Below, in pieces: positions 60,100 to 64,000 of a stretch of 64,000 bases of DNA (the stretch's first letter is position 1; each line of letters begins with the position of its first letter). The position numbers and the translations under genes are program-made. The notes beneath the pieces are model-generated. The model searched no databases and was not told the DNA's origin. It was given only the letters and a program-made list of their open reading frames with translations. The stretch lies in assembly GCA_963782055.1 (NCBI GenBank), contig CAWAIF010000002.1, forward strand, positions 384,001 through 448,000, in the 5' to 3' direction. This DNA comes from an uncultured delta proteobacterium (GTDB lineage: Bacteria > Myxococcota_A > Polyangia > Polyangiales > Polyangiaceae).

Positions 60100-61269
60100 T
60101 CAGCCCCCGCGCATGGCCGACATCGGGTCGACGATGGACGCGCGCCACGCCGGCACGACGCTCAGCCCGACGAACGGACCGACGACCGCCGCGGCGATGG
60201 CGAGCAGCTGCGCGAAGTCCACCGCTGGGGTGAGCGGCACGGTGGGGTAGAGCACGCTCCAGCCGACGAGCGCGGGGCGCAGGCCGGGCGCCCCGAGCCA
60301 GAAGACCCAGGCGTAAGCGGCCAGCAGCCCCAGGGCGCTGGCCAGCGAGGCGACCATGAGCGACTCGATGAGCTTGACCCACAGCACGTGCCGCGTGCCG
60401 AACCCGACGGCCTTCAGGATGGCGATCTCCCGCTGCTCCTCCGGCCCGACGCCGCTCGCACGGTCCCACGCGAGCACCAGGAGCGCGATGAGCGCGGGGA
60501 TGGAGGCCGCCAGCAGCAGGCCCGCGCGCCGCCCGTAGGAGAGGGTGTAGACACGCGCCAGGATGCGCTTGTCCACCACGCGCGCCTCCGGCATGCGATC
60601 GAGCACCGTGCCCGCCACCACGCGCGCCTCCTCCGGGTTGGCGAGATCGAGCGAGATGTCGGTCCCCTCGTCGGGGGCGAGGCCGAGGATGGCGCGGGCG
60701 TCGTCCTCGTCGCACAGCACCACGTCCGCCGTGTAGAGCTCGACGGGGCTGCCGAAGACGCCGACCAGCTTCAGCGAGGGCGACGGGGCCGTCGTCGGCA
60801 GGCCGAGCTTGTCCCCCGGGGCGAGCCCCATGATCCGCGCGAAGTCGGCGCCGGCCACCATCTCGTGCGCGCCGAAGTGCAGATCGCGCCCGGAGGAGAG
60901 CTCGCCCTTCACCTGCCCGAGCGGCGGCGCCCCCTTCGGGACGCCCACGATGGTGACGTTGCCCTGGATGGCCGGGAGAAAGACGTAGCCCCACACGCGC
61001 ACGCGCGCGCTGCGCACCGAGTCGATCTGCCCGAGCCGCGCGACGTCCGCCTCGTGCACGGTGGTCGGCCGCCCGGCCACGAGCCGCTGCACCACCACGT
61101 CGGGCAGCGACGCGGTCGCACGCGCCGCTTCCCCGCGCAGCGACTCGGTCAAGAACACCACCGAGGCGAGCAGGGTGACGGTGATGGCGAGCCCCGCCCC
61201 GAGGGCGAAGGCGCGGCCGCGCCGGCGGCCGAGAGCGGCCACCGCGTAGGCGAACAGCGAGCGTGTCAT
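60100..61269 (-). CDS. ABC transporter permease (FtsX/MacB-like)
   Basis: REIAILKAVGF, four TM segments, RASIVDPMSAMR. Confidence 0.82.
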   Translation of the reverse strand: MTRSLFAYAVAALGRRRGRAFALGAGLAITVTLLASVVFLTESLRGEAARATASLPDVVVQRLVAGRPTTVHEADVARLGQIDSVRSARVRVWGYVFLPAIQGNVTIVGVPKGAPPLGQVKGELSSGRDLHFGAHEMVAGADFARIMGLAPGDKLGLPTTAPSPSLKLVGVFGSPVELYTADVVLCDEDDARAILGLAPDEGTDISLDLANPEEARVVAGTVLDRMPEARVVDKRILARVYTLSYGRRAGLLLAASIPALIALLVLAWDRASGVGPEEQREIAILKAVGFGTRHVLWVKLIESLMVASLASALGLLAAYAWVFWLGAPGLRPALVGWSVLYPTVPLTPAVDFAQLLAIAAAVVGPFVGLSVVPAWRASIVDPMSAMRGG

Positions 61270-61610
61270 CGAGCTCCTTTGCGCGGGGCGTCCACCCACG
61301 CCTGTACCGGGGGCGCCATCGCCCCGCCGGCCGGGTCCGGATCGGGCACCGCGATGCCGTCGGCGAAGGCCGCGCCGGGTTCTTCGAGAGAGGGAAAGCG
61401 AAGCCACCGGGCCCCGCCGGAGAGCGCCAGATCGCCGCTGGGCAGCCGCGCCACGACGGCGTCCACGGCCGCGACGTCGTGCGCGCGGGCGCGCTCGCGC
61501 AAGCGCGAGTCCACGCCGAGCACCACGAGCACCAGCGGGAGGGCCAGCACGGCCAGCGCCCCGAAGACCACGGTCCGGACGCGGAGCACGGAGGTGGGGC
61601 GTACGCTCAT
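61266..61610 (-). CDS. Hypothetical membrane-anchored protein
   Basis: Overlaps both neighbours by 4 nt; one N-terminal TM segment. Confidence 0.6.
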   Translation of the reverse strand: MSVRPTSVLRVRTVVFGALAVLALPLVLVVLGVDSRLRERARAHDVAAVDAVVARLPSGDLALSGGARWLRFPSLEEPGAAFADGIAVPDPDPAGGAMAPPVQAWVDAPRKGAR

Positions 61611-62461
61611 GGCGGAAGGAAGGTGAGAAAGAGCTTGGTGAGGAAGAAGTCGGCGATGAGGATCGCGATGGAGACCACCACCACGGTCTTGGTGGTGCTG
61701 GTGCCGACGCCCTCGGTGCCGCCGCTCGTGTGCAGGCCGAAGTGGCACCCGACGATCGCGATGATGAAGCCGAAGACCGGCGTCTTGCCGAGCCCGGAGA
61801 AGAGGTCGGACATGTGCACGACCGAGAGCGACGAGCGCAGGAAGAACTCGCGGCTGATGCCGTACTGCACGTCGCAGATGAGCATCGCCCCCAGCACGCC
61901 GAGGAAGATGGCGAAGAGGCTGAGCACCGGCAGCACGATGATCGCGGCCACCATGCGCGGCAGCACCAGCTTCTTGTGCGGGTCCGCGCCGAGGGCGCGG
62001 ATGGCGTCCACCTGCTCGGTGACGTTCATCGCGCCCACCTCCGCCGCCATGCCGCTGCCGATCCGCCCGCCGACGATGACCGCGGTCAGGGTGGGGCCCA
62101 GCTCGCGGAGGAAGGAGAGGGTGACGACGCGCGGGATGTACTCCAGCCCGCCGAAGCGCTGCAGACCGAAGGCGAACTGGATGGTCATGACCATCCCGAT
62201 GAAGACGCTGGTGACCGCGACGATGCCCGTCGACTGCACGCCGAGCGACTCCATCTGGTAGACGATCGACCGCAGCTCCAGCGGGCGGCGGAACGCCGCG
62301 CGGAAGGTGCGCCCGATGAGCAGCGCCACCTGGCCGAGCTGCACGACGAGGTCCGAGACGCGGTCGGCGAAGCCGGGCGGGGGCATCCGCGGCGGCGGTC
62401 GTAGCGAGAGGCGCGAGCTCTCCGGCGGCAGGTCGGACGGGCGGTCGGCGTCGGTCGTCAC
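61607..62461 (-). CDS. mlaE: MlaE-family ABC transporter permease
   Basis: RELGPTLTA..GRIGS..AEVGAM..EQVDAI, GTEGVG..TT..VV. Confidence 0.9.
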   Translation of the reverse strand: MTTDADRPSDLPPESSRLSLRPPPRMPPPGFADRVSDLVVQLGQVALLIGRTFRAAFRRPLELRSIVYQMESLGVQSTGIVAVTSVFIGMVMTIQFAFGLQRFGGLEYIPRVVTLSFLRELGPTLTAVIVGGRIGSGMAAEVGAMNVTEQVDAIRALGADPHKKLVLPRMVAAIIVLPVLSLFAIFLGVLGAMLICDVQYGISREFFLRSSLSVVHMSDLFSGLGKTPVFGFIIAIVGCHFGLHTSGGTEGVGTSTTKTVVVVSIAILIADFFLTKLFLTFLPP

Positions 62462-63036
62462 GGCGCGCCCGCGTCCACCGTGTGGAAGTCCGCGACGAAG
62501 CGCTCGAAGGTCGAAGCTCCCGCGTCGAACCGCGCGGGCGGTGCGGCGTAGACCAGGTCGTAGACGCAGCCGTTCTTCTTCAGGACGTAGATGTCCCAGA
62601 CGAGCGGGACCCCGTCCAGCTTGGCGTGGAGGACGGTGTGCCGCGCCTCGCGGCGATCGAAGGGGATGACCTCTTCCTTCGCGTACTGCCGGTCCGTCGT
62701 GCCGATGATGAGCTGGTTGGTGAGCGCGACGAGCGGCACGTCGTCGGAGGCGACGCCGCACTGCGCGGCCACCAGGACGGACGCCTCGCCCGTGTCGTCG
62801 CGGAAGGCGAGCGCGTCGTCGCTCACGTGCACGCGCCGCCACGCGGTCGGGACGGTCCCCACGGCGAAGGCCACCTGACCGCTGTGGTAGACGTGCCCGT
62901 CGAAGGCGGCCGACGCCCCGCCGCACCCCGCGGGGGTCAGCGCAAGCAGGACGAGCGCAGCCAGGCGGGCGAGCGCGGCGGGCTCGCGCCAAGACCGACC
63001 GAGGCCGTAGGCCGAGGGAAGGTCGTGCATTCGCAT
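62458..63036 (-). CDS. Hypothetical lipoprotein
   Basis: PAGC lipobox; LDGVP..VLKKNGCVYD; start uncertain. Confidence 0.7.
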   Translation of the reverse strand: MRMHDLPSAYGLGRSWREPAALARLAALVLLALTPAGCGGASAAFDGHVYHSGQVAFAVGTVPTAWRRVHVSDDALAFRDDTGEASVLVAAQCGVASDDVPLVALTNQLIIGTTDRQYAKEEVIPFDRREARHTVLHAKLDGVPLVWDIYVLKKNGCVYDLVYAAPPARFDAGASTFERFVADFHTVDAGAP

Positions 63037-63178
63037 CGCGACGACCGGGTGATAGCACGTAACGCGCTTGATTGGACCGGTCGATGGTTCAGGCGCGAGG
63101 GGCGTCGCGCGTCGGTTGGACAGGCGGCCCGAAAGCGCGGTCACGCCGGAGGAGTTGCGGTATATGCGACCACGCACC

Positions 63179-64000
63179 ATGTCCCTGCGCCTGTACAATA
63201 CCCTCACGCAGCGCCTGGAGGCCTTCACGCCGCTGGAGCCGGGCAAGGTCCGCATGTACGTGTGCGGTCTCACCACCTACGACCTCGCGCACGCCGGTCA
63301 TGGCCGCACGCTCACGACATTCGACGTGCTCGCGCGTCATCTGCGCGCCCGCGGGCTGGAGGTCACCTTCGTCCGCAACGTCACCGACGTCGACGACAAG
63401 ATCCTCGCCCGCGCGCGCGAGCGTGGGGAGGAGCCGCTCGCCCTCTCCGCGCGCATGAGCGATCTGTGCGACGCGCAGCTGCGCACCATCGGCTGCGCGG
63501 ACCCGACGCACGAGCCCCGCGTCTCCACGCACATGGCGGAGATCATCGCCATGATCGAGGGCCTGATCGCGAAGGGCAACGCCTACGTCGTCAAGACGCC
63601 GAAGGGCGAGGACGTCTACTTCGCGGTGCGCAGCTTCCCGTCGTACGGCAAGCTCTCCCGCCGCAAGATCGACGATCTGATGAGCGGCGCCCGCATCGAG
63701 GTCGGGGAGACCAAGCGCGACCCGCTCGACTTCGCCCTCTGGAAGGGCGATGAAGCCGAGGAGGCGTGGGGCATGCCCAGCCCCTGGGGCAAGGGACGGC
63801 CCGGCTGGCACATCGAGTGCTCCGCCATGAGCCGCAAGTACCTGGGCGAGCACTTCGACATCCACGGCGGCGGGATGGACCTCGTCTTCCCCCACCACGA
63901 GAACGAGATCGCCCAGAGCGAGGCGCTCTCCGGCCCGGAGATGGCGCGCTTCTGGCTGCACGGCGGCTTTCTGGAGGTGGACAACGAGAAGATGTCCAAG
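63179..64000 (+). CDS. cysS: Cysteine--tRNA ligase (runs off the window end)
   Basis: [48 protein letters not shown]. Confidence 0.96.
   Translation, partial: MSLRLYNTLTQRLEAFTPLEPGKVRMYVCGLTTYDLAHAGHGRTLTTFDVLARHLRARGLEVTFVRNVTDVDDKILARARERGEEPLALSARMSDLCDAQLRTIGCADPTHEPRVSTHMAEIIAMIEGLIAKGNAYVVKTPKGEDVYFAVRSFPSYGKLSRRKIDDLMSGARIEVGETKRDPLDFALWKGDEAEEAWGMPSPWGKGRPGWHIECSAMSRKYLGEHFDIHGGGMDLVFPHHENEIAQSEALSGPEMARFWLHGGFLEVDNEKMSK

Overview
High-GC bacterial chromosome segment. The mglBA pair, Cys-rich lipoproteins, AgmX-like protein and Ser/Thr kinase point to Myxococcota, probably Polyangiaceae-like (inference). It carries about 60 genes, mostly housekeeping or typical myxobacterial secreted proteins, and one tRNA-Arg(CCG). 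Three single-base frameshifts (about 2481, 15655, 44000) look like long-read indels. The main unexplained feature is a ~2.15 kb stretch (about 47460-49620) with no credible ORF. It is packed with GNRA/UUCG-capped hairpins that read only on the + strand, has an internally duplicated module, follows an AT-rich region with DnaA boxes and ends in a strong intrinsic terminator. It is a candidate very large structured ncRNA of no family I recognise. Other notable items: a sigma54-type operon linking an EF-hand NOX5-like oxidase to c-type cytochromes and a DUF3570/DUF4266 pair; a J-domain/pseudokinase-vWA-PurA-like operon with an NrtR-like operator; tRNA fragments that break at exactly the same T-loop position; a dispersed 22-bp palindrome (13 copies); two near-identical inverted MarR-like cassettes flanking mglBA; a small sigma54 sRNA candidate; a G-domain-only EF-Tu paralog; and a circularly permuted esterase.
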